64,000 bases of DNA from an uncultured Gemmatimonadales bacterium (GTDB lineage: Bacteria; Gemmatimonadota; Gemmatimonadetes; Longimicrobiales; RSA9), in NCBI GenBank assembly GCA_963708135.1, contig OY970192.1:1696001-1760000 (forward strand), in the 5' to 3' direction. Positions 48,974-58,973 of the stretch are shown here, one piece after another. Below the pieces are notes generated by a model. The model saw nothing but the letters and a program-made list of their open reading frames with translations, was not told the DNA's origin and made no database searches. Numbering within the stretch: position 1 is the stretch's first letter; each line of letters begins with the position of its first letter. Both the position numbers and the translations under genes were made by a program.

Positions 48974-51610
48974 ATGATCGAGCTCCGCACGCTGGGCCAG
49001 CTGACGCTGGAAGGGGACGATGCGGTCCCGGTCGCTTCGATTCTGACGCAGGCCAAGCGGCTGGCTCTGCTGGTCCACCTGTCCTGCGGCCGCCCGCTGG
49101 CGCCGCGCTCTCGCGACACGCTCCTCGCGCTGTTCTGGCCCGAGCTCGACGACGCGCACGCGCGCACGGCGTTGCGCCAGGCGTTGCACCTGCTGCGCCG
49201 TTCGCTGGGCGCGGAGGTGATCACGGGAGCGGGCGAGGGACGCGTGGGCGTGGAGCCCGCGCGGCTGTGGTGCGACGCGGCCGCATTCGGCGAGGCGCTC
49301 GAGCGCGGCGATGCCGCTGGGGCGCTGGCTCTCTACAGGGGCCCATTCCTGGAGGGCTTTCACGTGTCGGACGCCCCGGAGTTCGAGCGCTGGGTGGACC
49401 GCGAGCGCCGGCGGCTGGAGGTGGAGGCGGTCGGGGCCGCGTGGGGCCTGGCGGAGCGCGCGCGGGTGGAGTCCGAACCGGGGGCGGCCAGGAAATGGGC
49501 CGAGCGGGCAATGGACCTGTCCCCGTTCGACGAGGTCGGCTTCCGCCGCTACCTCGGCATCCTCGAGGCCCAGGCGGATGGAGCGGCGGCGGCGACGGCG
49601 TTCGCCGCATACGAGCGGCGGCTGGCGGAGGAGCTCGGACTGGCGCCGTCGGAGGAGACCCTCCGCATCATGGACCGCATCCGTGCCGCCTGCAGGCCGG
49701 GCGCCCGGCGAGCCGGCGGGCTCGAGAACGGTGAGGCGACGCCGTCGCCTGCGGCAGGAGCACCGGAGGAGCGGCGGTCGGGCCCGGCGCCGCTCTCCCG
49801 CAGGGAGGTCGGGGTGGAGCCCATGCCGGTCCGCGTCCGGCCAGTGCGCCGGCCCCGGAGGCTGCGCTGGACCGGCGCGATCGCCGCCATCGGGGGGGCG
49901 GGGGTGATCGCCGCTCTCGCGCTCGCCGTGACGCTGGCGCACTCCGCCGCTCGGGCGCGGCGGCCTCCGCCCATAGGCGTGGCGGTGCTGCCGTTCCGCA
50001 ATCTGAGCGCCGACCCGTCGCGGGCGTATTTCGCCGCGGCCCTGCACGACGAGCTGCTCGACCGGCTGGGCCGGGCGTCATCGCTCCGGGTGGTCGGACG
50101 GACATCCGTGGCCGACCTCGGGGAGACAGCCAGGCCGCTACGCCAGGTCGCCTCTGAGCTGGGGGTTACGCGCGTCGTCGAGGGGAGCGTGCAAGTCGTG
50201 GGCGATCGGCTTCGCGTCGTCGCCCAGCTCCTGGACCCCGCTACCGGGGCCGAGGTCTGGGTGGAGCACTACGACCGCAACCTGGATGACGCGTTCGCCG
50301 TGCAGAGCGAGATCGCGGAGCGTATCGTGGCGGCCGTGGGCGCAACGCTCACACGAGGTGAGGTCGGCGCCATGCGGGCGGCGCCAACGCAGGACGCCGC
50401 GGCGTATCAGCTCTACCTCCAGGGGCTCGAATACGCGCGGCGGCCGGCGCTCCGCAAGGAGGACGCCGAGGCGGCACTGCAGCTCTTCGAGCGGGCGCTC
50501 GCGCTGGACTCCAGCTTCGCGCCCGCGCACGCCCAGCTGTCCCTGATCGACTGGCGTATCTACGACCTCCATGACCCCGACCCGCGGCGACTCGCCCTGG
50601 CACGGCGGGAAGCCGCGACGGCGCTGAGCCTCGCGCCCGACCTGCCGGAAGGCCACCTCGCTGCCGGGCTCTCGCGTTACCTGCCCCGGGGGGATGCCCG
50701 CGGGGCCCTGGCCGAATTCGCCCAAGGGCTGCGCGGGGCGCCGAGCGACGCCGAGTTGTGGGCCTGGACCGGCAGGACCTATCGCCAGCTCGGGATCTGG
50801 GACAGCGCGTTCGCCGCCCTGGACCAGGCGCACGCCGTGGAGCCACGCGACGCAACGCTGTGGTTCAGCATCGCGGAGACGCGACACTACCTGCACCGCT
50901 ACCCGGAAGCGATCGACGCGTACCGGCAGGCCCTCGCGCTCGCGCCGGACATGCGGCAGGCGCACATCTCCCTGGCGTGGAGCTACTTCCTGTGGCAGGG
51001 GCAGCTCGACACGCTCCGATCCGTGCTGTGGGCGATCCCCGTGGCGACCGACCCCGGGGCCGGCGGGGGATCGATCCTCCAGCAGCGGATCCTTCTGCTC
51101 CTTGCGACTCGTCGGCCGGACTCGGTTCTGGCCATCCTGCGGGGGCCGGACGCACGCGAGCTCGGTACGCTCCGGCGGGCGCTCTACACCGGGGATGCGA
51201 ACAGCCTCCGCGGCGATCGCCTCGACGCGCGGCTGGCGCGCGAATCCGCGCTGGCTTTGCTCGATGCGGCGCTCCGCCGGTCACCGGCCGACTGGGGGCT
51301 GCACGCGACCCGCGGCATAGTCCTCGGCAAGCTCGGCCGCCACGCCGAGGCCCTGCGCGAGGCGCGCTGGCTGGAGGCGTCGAGCGAAGGTCGGAACGAT
51401 CACTATGCAGACCTTGGCGCGACCAGGGCGCTCGTGCTGGTGATGGGCGGCGCGACCGATGCCGCGCTGGACGAGCTCGACCGGGCCCTCGCCGGCCCCT
51501 CGCGCACCACGGTCCCGTTGCTCCGCGCCATGCCGGAGTGGGACCCCGTTCGGGGCGACCCGCGCTTCCAGGCGCTGATGCGGAAGTACGCCAACCCACC
51601 ACGGCAGTAG
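48974..51610 (+). CDS. Transmembrane SARP/BTAD regulator with TolB-N-like and TPR domains
   Basis: ELRTLG, RDTLLALFWPE, LRQAL, LYRGPFLEGF, FERW, TM, VAVLPF, TPRs, DPRF. Confidence 0.88.
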   Translation: MIELRTLGQLTLEGDDAVPVASILTQAKRLALLVHLSCGRPLAPRSRDTLLALFWPELDDAHARTALRQALHLLRRSLGAEVITGAGEGRVGVEPARLWCDAAAFGEALERGDAAGALALYRGPFLEGFHVSDAPEFERWVDRERRRLEVEAVGAAWGLAERARVESEPGAARKWAERAMDLSPFDEVGFRRYLGILEAQADGAAAATAFAAYERRLAEELGLAPSEETLRIMDRIRAACRPGARRAGGLENGEATPSPAAGAPEERRSGPAPLSRREVGVEPMPVRVRPVRRPRRLRWTGAIAAIGGAGVIAALALAVTLAHSAARARRPPPIGVAVLPFRNLSADPSRAYFAAALHDELLDRLGRASSLRVVGRTSVADLGETARPLRQVASELGVTRVVEGSVQVVGDRLRVVAQLLDPATGAEVWVEHYDRNLDDAFAVQSEIAERIVAAVGATLTRGEVGAMRAAPTQDAAAYQLYLQGLEYARRPALRKEDAEAALQLFERALALDSSFAPAHAQLSLIDWRIYDLHDPDPRRLALARREAATALSLAPDLPEGHLAAGLSRYLPRGDARGALAEFAQGLRGAPSDAELWAWTGRTYRQLGIWDSAFAALDQAHAVEPRDATLWFSIAETRHYLHRYPEAIDAYRQALALAPDMRQAHISLAWSYFLWQGQLDTLRSVLWAIPVATDPGAGGGSILQQRILLLLATRRPDSVLAILRGPDARELGTLRRALYTGDANSLRGDRLDARLARESALALLDAALRRSPADWGLHATRGIVLGKLGRHAEALREARWLEASSEGRNDHYADLGATRALVLVMGGATDAALDELDRALAGPSRTTVPLLRAMPEWDPVRGDPRFQALMRKYANPPRQ

Positions 51611-51626
51611 CCGCGCGGCGCACGCG

Positions 51627-51758
51627 CTGTACACGCTCAACCATCTGGTGCACCACCGGGCGCAGCTGGGTGTCTGTCTGCGCGCGCTGGGGCTGCCGCA
51701 TCCGGCGGTCTACGGGCCGTCGGCGGATGAGAGCGAACAGGGCGCTCCCGAGTCCTGA
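51627..51758 (+). pseudogene. 3' fragment of a DinB-family gene
   Basis: Hand translation LNHLVHHRAQLGVCLRALGLPHPAVYGPSADE. Confidence 0.7.
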
Positions 51759-51845
51759 ATCCCGGCAGTTGCGGCGCGAGTCGGGCCGCCGGAGAATCAT
51801 GGGGCCGTCGTCGCATTCGTCGCACACTCCAGTCCGGGAGGCGGA

Positions 51846-52469
51846 ATGAAGGCATCGTGGAGGATCGCTCTTGCGGCGCTCGCCCTGTTGGCGGGCGGGG
51901 GCTCGGCGCTGGCGGGGCAGGGTGCCGGGCAGTCGGCCGGCTGCTGGCTGCGGGATGCGCACGAGGATCTGGCGAAGCGGGCGAGTCCGCTCGACTCGGC
52001 CTCGATCCGGCTTGCCGGCGGGGTGGTGAAGGTCTGCTACAGCAGTCCGCGCGTGCGGGGGCGCAAGATCATGGGCGGGCTGGTGCCGTTCGGGGAGCCG
52101 TGGCGTCTGGGGGCGAACGAGGCGACGGCGATCCACCTCACCTCGCCGGCGACGATCGCCGGGGTCGCGGTGTCGCCGGGGTGGTACTCGCTGTACGTGA
52201 CCCCGGGGGAGCGGGAGTGGCGGGTCGTGGTGAACCGGCAGGCACGCCGCTGGGGGATCCCGATCGACCAGGGCGTGCGCGCCGCCGACGTCGGCTCGGC
52301 AGCGGTTCCGGTGGGCAGGACCGCCGGCCCTGTCGAGGATCTTACTCTAGCGTTCCGGCCGACCGGCGCGGCCAGCGCGGACCTGGTGATCGAGTGGGAG
52401 CGGACATCGGTCCGCATCCCGGTTGTGCTGCGGCGGCGGGCGGGGACGGAGCGGCAGCCGGGTCGCTAG
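51846..52469 (+). CDS. DUF2911 domain secreted protein
   Basis: RASP, YSSPRVRGRKIMGGLVPFGEPWRLGANEAT, GWYSLY. Confidence 0.88.
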   Translation: MKASWRIALAALALLAGGGSALAGQGAGQSAGCWLRDAHEDLAKRASPLDSASIRLAGGVVKVCYSSPRVRGRKIMGGLVPFGEPWRLGANEATAIHLTSPATIAGVAVSPGWYSLYVTPGEREWRVVVNRQARRWGIPIDQGVRAADVGSAAVPVGRTAGPVEDLTLAFRPTGAASADLVIEWERTSVRIPVVLRRRAGTERQPGR

Positions 52470-52644
52470 CGCTGCCGGCCGCGCGCGCGTCGAGGGTCCG
52501 GCGAATGGCGATCTCCGGGATGAGCTGGCTCACGCGGCTTCCGCGCGTGGCGGCCACCGGCGCGAGCCGCTAGGCGCGGCCGCCATCCCGCGGGGGACGG
52601 CGGCCTCGGGCTGAATCGTAGCGCGATGCGGCCCCCGCCGCGGC

Positions 52645-55600
52645 TCAGTCTCCCGCCACCGGTGCCGGATGGGCCGCGGCCGGCTCCGCTGCGGCCGAGG
52701 GGGCCTCCCGCCGCAGCACCGCCTCCTGCCACAGCGAGTAGACCGCGGGGATCACGAGCAGCGTGAGCACCGTGGCGGAGACCATCCCGCCCACCATGGG
52801 CGCGGCGATGCGCTTCATGACGCTCGCGCCGGTGCCGTTGCCCCACAGGATCGGCAGTAGGCCGGCGATGATGGCGGTGGCCGTCATGACGACCGGCCGC
52901 AGCCGCTGCCCGGCGCCCTCGCGCACCGCGTCGAGCACGTCGTCGCCGCCGCTGAGCTGCCCCGCCTCGGCCCGCCTGCGGTGCGCCTGCTTGAGGTAGA
53001 CGAGCATCACCACGCCGATCTCCGTGGCCACGCCGCCCAGGGCGATGAAGCCGATGCCCGTGGCCACCGACCAGTTGTAGCCCAGGAGCGCCATGAAGAC
53101 CACGCCGCCCACCAGGGAAAACGGCAGAGAGAGGAGCACGATGGCGGTCTCGCCCGCGCTGCGGAAGTTGAGGTAGAGCAGCAGCGCGATGATGAGCAGG
53201 ACGGCGGGCACCACGAGCATCATCTTCTGCCGCGCCCGCTGCATGTACTCGTACTGCCCCGACCACTGGAGCGAGTAGCCGGCCGGCAGCTTCACCATGC
53301 GCTCGACCATGCTCCGCGCCTCGGTCACGTAACTGCCGATGTCGCGCCCCGTCACGTCAACGTTCACCCACGCCGTGGGAAACCCGCCCTCGGTCTTGAT
53401 GGCCATGGGTCCCTTTACCATGCGGATGGTGGCCACCTCGCCGAGCGGGATCTGTGCGACGCCCGGTGCGGGCGGCGCGCCGGTGCCGCCGCCGGCCGTC
53501 GTCGCCCCCGAAGAAGTCCCCATGGACGCGCCGGCGGCGCCCGACCCCCCCATGCCGCCGCCCGCCGGATCCATGGAGGGCCGGCCGCGGGAGATCGGGA
53601 CGAGCACGTCCGCCAGCTTCTCCGGCTGGTCGCGCAGCTCCTGCGGATAGCGCAGGCGCACGCCGTAGCGCTCGCGCCCCTCGACCGTCTGCGTGATGGT
53701 CATGCCGCCTACGGCCGAGCTGATCACGTTCTGGATGTCCTGGATGTTGAGCCCGTAGCGGGCGGCGGCCGCGCGGTCGATGTCCACATCGAGGTAGTAG
53801 CCCGACACCGCGCGGTCCGCGAACACCGAGCGCGTCCCCGGCACCATGCGGATGGCGGTCTCGATGTCGCGGCCGATCCGCTCCAGCTCGCCCAGGTCGG
53901 GGCCGAAGATCTTGATGCCGACCGGCGTGCGGATGCCCGTGGCCAGCATGTCGATCCGCCCCTTGATGGGCATGGTCCACATGTTGGCGAACCCGGGGTA
54001 GGCGATGGCCGTGTCCATGGCCGCCACGAGCCGCTCCGTGGTCATGCCGTGGCGCCACTGCGCCTCCGGCTTCAGCACGATGGTCGACTCCACCATGTCC
54101 AGCCCCGCCGGGTCCGTGGCCGTCGTGGAGCGTCCCGCCTTGCCGAACACGCTCTGCACCTCGGGGAAGCTCTTCAGGATGCTGTCCTGGCGCTGGACGA
54201 CCGCGCGCACCTGGGCGACGCTGATGCCGGGCAGCGTGCTCGGCATGTACAGGATCGAGCCCTCGCCCAGCGGCGGCATGAACTCGCTGCCGATACGCGA
54301 GAACGGGATCAGGGTCAGGATCAGCACGGCCAGCGCGCCGCCGATCACCGGCCAGCGCCAGCGCAGCACGAAATCGAGCACGGGCCGGTAGAGGCGGGTC
54401 AGCACCCGCGAGATCGGGTTGGCGTCCTCCGGGTGGATCCTGCCCCGGATGAACAGCCCCATCGCCACCGGCACCAGCGTCACGGCGAGGATGGCGGCCG
54501 CGCCCATGGACAGCGTCTTCGTCCACGCCAGCGGCTTGAACAGCCGGCCCTCCTGCGACTCCAGGGTGAAGACGGGCAGGAACGATACGGTGATGATCAG
54601 CAGGCTGAAGAAGAGCGCCGGCCCCACCTCCTTCGAGGACTCCACCACCGCCTTCCAGCGCTGTGCGCTGGTCAGCGCCGGCGCGGACCCCTGCCCGCCG
54701 GATCCCGACTGCGCCTGCGCCCGCTCCAGGTGCTTGTGCATGTTCTCGATCATCACGATCGCGGCGTCGATCATGGCGCCGATGGCGATGGCGATCCCGC
54801 CCAGGCTCATGATGTCGGCGCCCACGCCCACGAGGCGCATGGCGATGAAGGCCATGAGGATCCCGATCGGGAGCGTGACGATCGCCACCAGCGCGCTCGG
54901 CGCGTGGAAGAGGAAGATCAGGCACACCAGCGCGACGACGATCGACTCCTCGATCAGCTTCTCCTTGAGCGTCGAGATGCTGCGCTTGATCAGGTCCGAG
55001 CGGTCGTAGACGGGGTGCACGACCACGCCGGCCGGGAGCCCCTTCTCGATCACGGCCAGCTTCTCCTTCACGCGCTCGATGGTGGCCAGCGCGTTCTCGC
55101 CGAAGCGCATGACGACGATCCCGGCCACGGCATCGCCGCGGCCGTTGTAGTCGGCCACACCGCGGCGCACCTCCGGCGCGAGCTGCACCGTGGCCACGTC
55201 CGCCACGCGGATCGGAGTGCCGCCGGCCGTGGAGCCGACGACGGTGTTCTCGATGTCGCGCGTGCCCTTCAGGTAGCCGAGCCCGCGCACCATGAACTCG
55301 CGCTCGGAGAGCTCGAGCGTCATGGCGCCCGCGTCCTGGTTGGAGCCGCGCAGCGCGGCCATGACCCGCGTCACCGGCACGCCGTAGCCGCGCAGCTTCT
55401 CCGGGTCCACGGTGACCTCGTAGCTCTTCTCGAAGCCGCCCACGGAAGCCACCTCGCTCACGCCCGGCACCGCCGTGAGCTGGTAGCGCAGGTACCAGTC
55501 CTGGAGCGAGCGCAGGTCGGCGAGCGAGCGGGTGCCCGTGGTGTCCTCGAGCACGTACTCGTAGACCCAGCCGAGCCCCGTGGCGTCCGGCCCCAGCGCC

Positions 55601-55980
55601 GCGTCCGCGCCGTTCGGCAGCTTGCCGCGGATCGCCGACAGGTACTCCAGCACCCGGCTGCGGGCCCAGTACAGGTCGGTGCCGTCCTTGAAGATGACGT
55701 AGACGAAGGAGACGCCGAAGAAGGAGTAGCCGCGCACCGTCTCGGCGCCGGGCACCTTCAGCATCTCCGTCGCCACCGGGTAGGTGACCTGGTCCTCCAC
55801 GATCTGCGGCGCCTGGCCGGCGTAGTCCGTCTTGACGATCACCTGCACGTCCGACAGGTCCGGCAGCGCGTCCAGCGGCGTGCTGCGCATGGCCAGGATC
55901 CCCGCCGCGGCGATCGCCAGTGCGCCGAGCAGGACGAGGAAGCGGTTCGCCACCGACCACTCGATGATGCGCTTCAGCAT
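52645..55980 (-). CDS. cusA: Heavy-metal RND efflux permease (CusA/SilA type)
   Basis: DALPDLSDVQVI, VEDQVTYP, GPDATGLGW, MSLGGIAIAIGAM, RIDMLATG, MKRIAAPMVGG. Confidence 0.93.
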   Translation of the reverse strand: MLKRIIEWSVANRFLVLLGALAIAAAGILAMRSTPLDALPDLSDVQVIVKTDYAGQAPQIVEDQVTYPVATEMLKVPGAETVRGYSFFGVSFVYVIFKDGTDLYWARSRVLEYLSAIRGKLPNGADAALGPDATGLGWVYEYVLEDTTGTRSLADLRSLQDWYLRYQLTAVPGVSEVASVGGFEKSYEVTVDPEKLRGYGVPVTRVMAALRGSNQDAGAMTLELSEREFMVRGLGYLKGTRDIENTVVGSTAGGTPIRVADVATVQLAPEVRRGVADYNGRGDAVAGIVVMRFGENALATIERVKEKLAVIEKGLPAGVVVHPVYDRSDLIKRSISTLKEKLIEESIVVALVCLIFLFHAPSALVAIVTLPIGILMAFIAMRLVGVGADIMSLGGIAIAIGAMIDAAIVMIENMHKHLERAQAQSGSGGQGSAPALTSAQRWKAVVESSKEVGPALFFSLLIITVSFLPVFTLESQEGRLFKPLAWTKTLSMGAAAILAVTLVPVAMGLFIRGRIHPEDANPISRVLTRLYRPVLDFVLRWRWPVIGGALAVLILTLIPFSRIGSEFMPPLGEGSILYMPSTLPGISVAQVRAVVQRQDSILKSFPEVQSVFGKAGRSTTATDPAGLDMVESTIVLKPEAQWRHGMTTERLVAAMDTAIAYPGFANMWTMPIKGRIDMLATGIRTPVGIKIFGPDLGELERIGRDIETAIRMVPGTRSVFADRAVSGYYLDVDIDRAAAARYGLNIQDIQNVISSAVGGMTITQTVEGRERYGVRLRYPQELRDQPEKLADVLVPISRGRPSMDPAGGGMGGSGAAGASMGTSSGATTAGGGTGAPPAPGVAQIPLGEVATIRMVKGPMAIKTEGGFPTAWVNVDVTGRDIGSYVTEARSMVERMVKLPAGYSLQWSGQYEYMQRARQKMMLVVPAVLLIIALLLYLNFRSAGETAIVLLSLPFSLVGGVVFMALLGYNWSVATGIGFIALGGVATEIGVVMLVYLKQAHRRRAEAGQLSGGDDVLDAVREGAGQRLRPVVMTATAIIAGLLPILWGNGTGASVMKRIAAPMVGGMVSATVLTLLVIPAVYSLWQEAVLRREAPSAAAEPAAAHPAPVAGD

Positions 55981-55990
55981 GGCGCCCTCC

Positions 55991-57334
55991 TCAGTGGCCG
56001 GGGTGGGCGCTCGGAGCGGTCCCCGCTGCGGGGGCGGCCGGCATCTGCATGCCGGGCGTGTCCTGTGTGGGCCCGGCGTCGCCTGGCTGCGCGGGCGTGG
56101 CCGGCGTCTTCATTCCCGGCATCGCCTGCGCGCCGCTGTCGCCGCCGCCCGGCGCGCCCATGTCCATGCCGGGCATCGAGGCCATGGCGGAGCCGAGGTT
56201 CGATTCGGCGTCGATCAGGAACGTGGCGGAGGAGACCACCACGTCACCCGCGGCGAGGCCGTCCTGGATCTCGATCAGCGTGTCGTTCGCCAGTCCGACC
56301 CGCACGTCGCGGGGCTGGAGCATGCCCCGGGCATCGCGCACGAAGACGAGCGAGCGCTCGCCGGTCCGCAGCACCGCGGTGCGCGGCACGACCAGGCTAC
56401 TCGTTGCCGCGACGGCCAGCGAGATCTTCGCGTACATCCCCGGCTTCAGCGCGAGCCCGGGGTTCTTCAGCGCCACGCGCACCCGGCCCGTGCGGCTCTC
56501 CACGGATACGGTCGGATAGACGTAGGTGACCACCCCGTCCAATGCGCGACCCGGCTGGCTGTCCAGCGTGACGCGCGCGTGCTGCCCGACGGACACGAGC
56601 GAGAGGTCCTTCTCGTACACATCGCCTTCCACCCAGACCGTGGACAGGTCCGCGATGCGGTACAGCGTCATGCCGGGCATGATGCGCGCGCCCCGCACCA
56701 CGTTCTTCTCGACCACCACGCCGTCGGCGGGAGAGCGCAGCGTCAGCGTCTTGCTGGGCACGCCGCTCCGCTCGATGCGCGTGATCTCGTCCGCCGGGAT
56801 GTCCCAGTACGCCAGGCGACGCCGCGCGGACGCCAGCAGCTCGCGCGCGTTCGCCGCCGCCACGCCCGAGGGCGCATCCGCGGACTCATCCACCAGCCGC
56901 CGGGCCAGCAGCAGCTCCTCCTGCGCCGTGACCAGCATCGGGCTGTAGACGGTGAGCAGCGGCAGCCCCTTCTTCACGGCCGCGCCGGTGAAGTCCACGA
57001 ACAGCCTGTCCACCCAGCCCTCGACCTTCGGGTCCACCTCCGCCAGCCGCGTCTCGTCGTAGGTGACCGAGGCCACCGTGCGCAGGGTGCGGCGGAACGG
57101 ACGCACCTCCGCCGTGGCGTACGTCACCCCGATCCGGCGCGCGGCCTCCGGCGTGAGGTGAACGGGCTGCGCCGCCTTCGCCGCCGGCGCGCCGATGCTC
57201 ATTCCCGCCATGCCGCCGTCCGCCTCGGCGGCTGCGCCCGCGCCCAGCGCGGTGCTCCCCGTGTAGATCACCACGACCGCCAGCGCCAGCGCCACCAGGC
57301 CGCCGGCCACCCCCATCTGTTTGCGCGTGCTCAT
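55991..57334 (-). CDS. cusB: RND periplasmic adaptor (CusB-like) with Met-rich termini
   Basis: YSPMLVTAQEE, IADLSTVWV, LKPGMY, FLIDAESNL. Confidence 0.88.
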   Translation of the reverse strand: MSTRKQMGVAGGLVALALAVVVIYTGSTALGAGAAAEADGGMAGMSIGAPAAKAAQPVHLTPEAARRIGVTYATAEVRPFRRTLRTVASVTYDETRLAEVDPKVEGWVDRLFVDFTGAAVKKGLPLLTVYSPMLVTAQEELLLARRLVDESADAPSGVAAANARELLASARRRLAYWDIPADEITRIERSGVPSKTLTLRSPADGVVVEKNVVRGARIMPGMTLYRIADLSTVWVEGDVYEKDLSLVSVGQHARVTLDSQPGRALDGVVTYVYPTVSVESRTGRVRVALKNPGLALKPGMYAKISLAVAATSSLVVPRTAVLRTGERSLVFVRDARGMLQPRDVRVGLANDTLIEIQDGLAAGDVVVSSATFLIDAESNLGSAMASMPGMDMGAPGGGDSGAQAMPGMKTPATPAQPGDAGPTQDTPGMQMPAAPAAGTAPSAHPGH

Positions 57335-58728
57335 CGGACCTCCGCCACCAGGTTGCCGGCCGCCGGAAGCGCGCGGCCAAGGGTCGTCTCCAGCTCCGCG
57401 ACCGCCGTTCCGTAGTCGGCCAGCAGCCCGTAGTAGTCCTGCTCGTACCGGTTCTCCGTCATCTGCGCATCCACCAGCGTCATGAAATCCACGTGGCCCA
57501 CGCGGTAGGCCGAAAGCGAGGACTCCACCGTGGCGGAGGCCTGTGGCAGCACGTCCGTCCGGTACAGCCCGACCAGCGTGCGCGCGCGGTCGAGCTGCGC
57601 CAGCAGCGTCCCGATGCGGGCACGCACCTCCGCCCGCATCTCGGCGAGATCGGCCGTGGCTGCCTCGCGTTCCGCCGCCGCCTCGTCGCGCTCCTGCAGC
57701 TGCCGCTTGCCCGCGAAGACCGGCAGGCTGAAGCCGATCATCGCGCTGCCCATGCGCTGCGTCCCCATGTCCGAGGCGCGCTGGCCGTACTGGACGCCGA
57801 TGCTCAGGTCCGGCCAGATCTGCCTGCGGGCGAGCGCGAGCGCCGCATCGGCGCGCTGCACCCCGCCTCGCCCGGCCTCGAGCAGCGGCCGCGTCGCCTC
57901 CGCCCACGCCAGCAGCGTGTCGCCCGCCGGCACCATCTCCGGCAGCGGCTCGAGCACGGGGGTCGGGATCGGCGTCTCCGCCGGCCGGTCCAGCACCGCG
58001 TTCAGCTTGGCCGCCGAGACCCGGCCCATGGCCTCCATCTGCGCGATGTCCGCCTGCATCCGCGCCACCTCGACCCCCGCGCGCAGCACATCCGCCTGGT
58101 GCCCCTCGCCCGCGGCGTACATCGCCTGCGCCACCTTCTGGAAATCCTGGAGCAGGCGCAGCGTCCGGCGCATCACCTCCAGCTGCCGGTCCGCGCGATA
58201 GAGGTCGTAGAAGCCGGTCGCCGCCGTGGCGCGTACCTGCCACCACGTCTCCGACGCCTTCGCCTCCGCGATGCCCGTACTCGCCTCCGCGACCCGTCCG
58301 CGCAGCCCCAGCTTACCCGGGAACGGCAGCACCTCCATCGCCTGGACCGAGGGCGCCATGGACGTCGGCATGTTCGTGGAGAAGCCCGGCAGCGTGAAGT
58401 TCATGACGCCGAGCTGGAGCGTGGGGTCGGGCGGCAGCGAAGCGCTCGGCTCCCGCGCCGCCACGGCGCGCGCCAGCGCCTCGGCCGCGCCGATCCCCGG
58501 GTTGCGCTGCCGTGCCAGCGCGTAGATCTCGTCCAGCCGGATCCCGCCCCCAGGCGACGCGGCAGCCGCCGCCACCGCACGCGCGCCTTCCGCCGCCGCG
58601 GCCGCGGAACGCACCGGCGGCGGCGCCACGGGCGGCGTCGCCTGGCGCGGCGTCTGTGCGGCGGCGAAGCTCGCCGTCATCAGGGTGAGCAGGAGAGCCG
58701 GCACCCGCGCCCGGCGTATGTGGTGCAT
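57331..58728 (-). CDS. TolC-family outer-membrane factor (CusC-like)
   Basis: LPPDP, PFPGKL, two OEP repeats, YRVGHVDF; coupled to cusB. Confidence 0.88.
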   Translation of the reverse strand: MHHIRRARVPALLLTLMTASFAAAQTPRQATPPVAPPPVRSAAAAAEGARAVAAAAASPGGGIRLDEIYALARQRNPGIGAAEALARAVAAREPSASLPPDPTLQLGVMNFTLPGFSTNMPTSMAPSVQAMEVLPFPGKLGLRGRVAEASTGIAEAKASETWWQVRATAATGFYDLYRADRQLEVMRRTLRLLQDFQKVAQAMYAAGEGHQADVLRAGVEVARMQADIAQMEAMGRVSAAKLNAVLDRPAETPIPTPVLEPLPEMVPAGDTLLAWAEATRPLLEAGRGGVQRADAALALARRQIWPDLSIGVQYGQRASDMGTQRMGSAMIGFSLPVFAGKRQLQERDEAAAEREAATADLAEMRAEVRARIGTLLAQLDRARTLVGLYRTDVLPQASATVESSLSAYRVGHVDFMTLVDAQMTENRYEQDYYGLLADYGTAVAELETTLGRALPAAGNLVAEVR

Positions 58729-58771
58729 CGAGGCATCCTCGTCGGTGGTGGACTTCAGCATCTCGACCGCA

Positions 58772-58826
58772 AGTCTAGCGGAGCGGTCGTGAACGCTTCG
58801 TGAAGTCCGAATGAAGAGAGCTTCAT
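58772..58826 (-). promoter_or_regulatory. Copper-island operator/promoter copy 1 (cusCBA)
   Basis: ATGAAG-4-CTTCAT-5-CTTCAC-5-GTTCAC-11-TAGACT. Confidence 0.75.
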
Positions 58827-58973
58827 TGTGCGAGCGCCGCTTGCCGGGGCGCAGGGCAAGCACGCGGGCACCACGGATGGAGTGGAGGGGCCGGCGCGCG
58901 GTCGGGCGCCGGCCCCTCCGGGCGTATGCCGGCCGCCCCGCAACCGGCCCGCGGCCAGGCTGCGACGCCGCCC

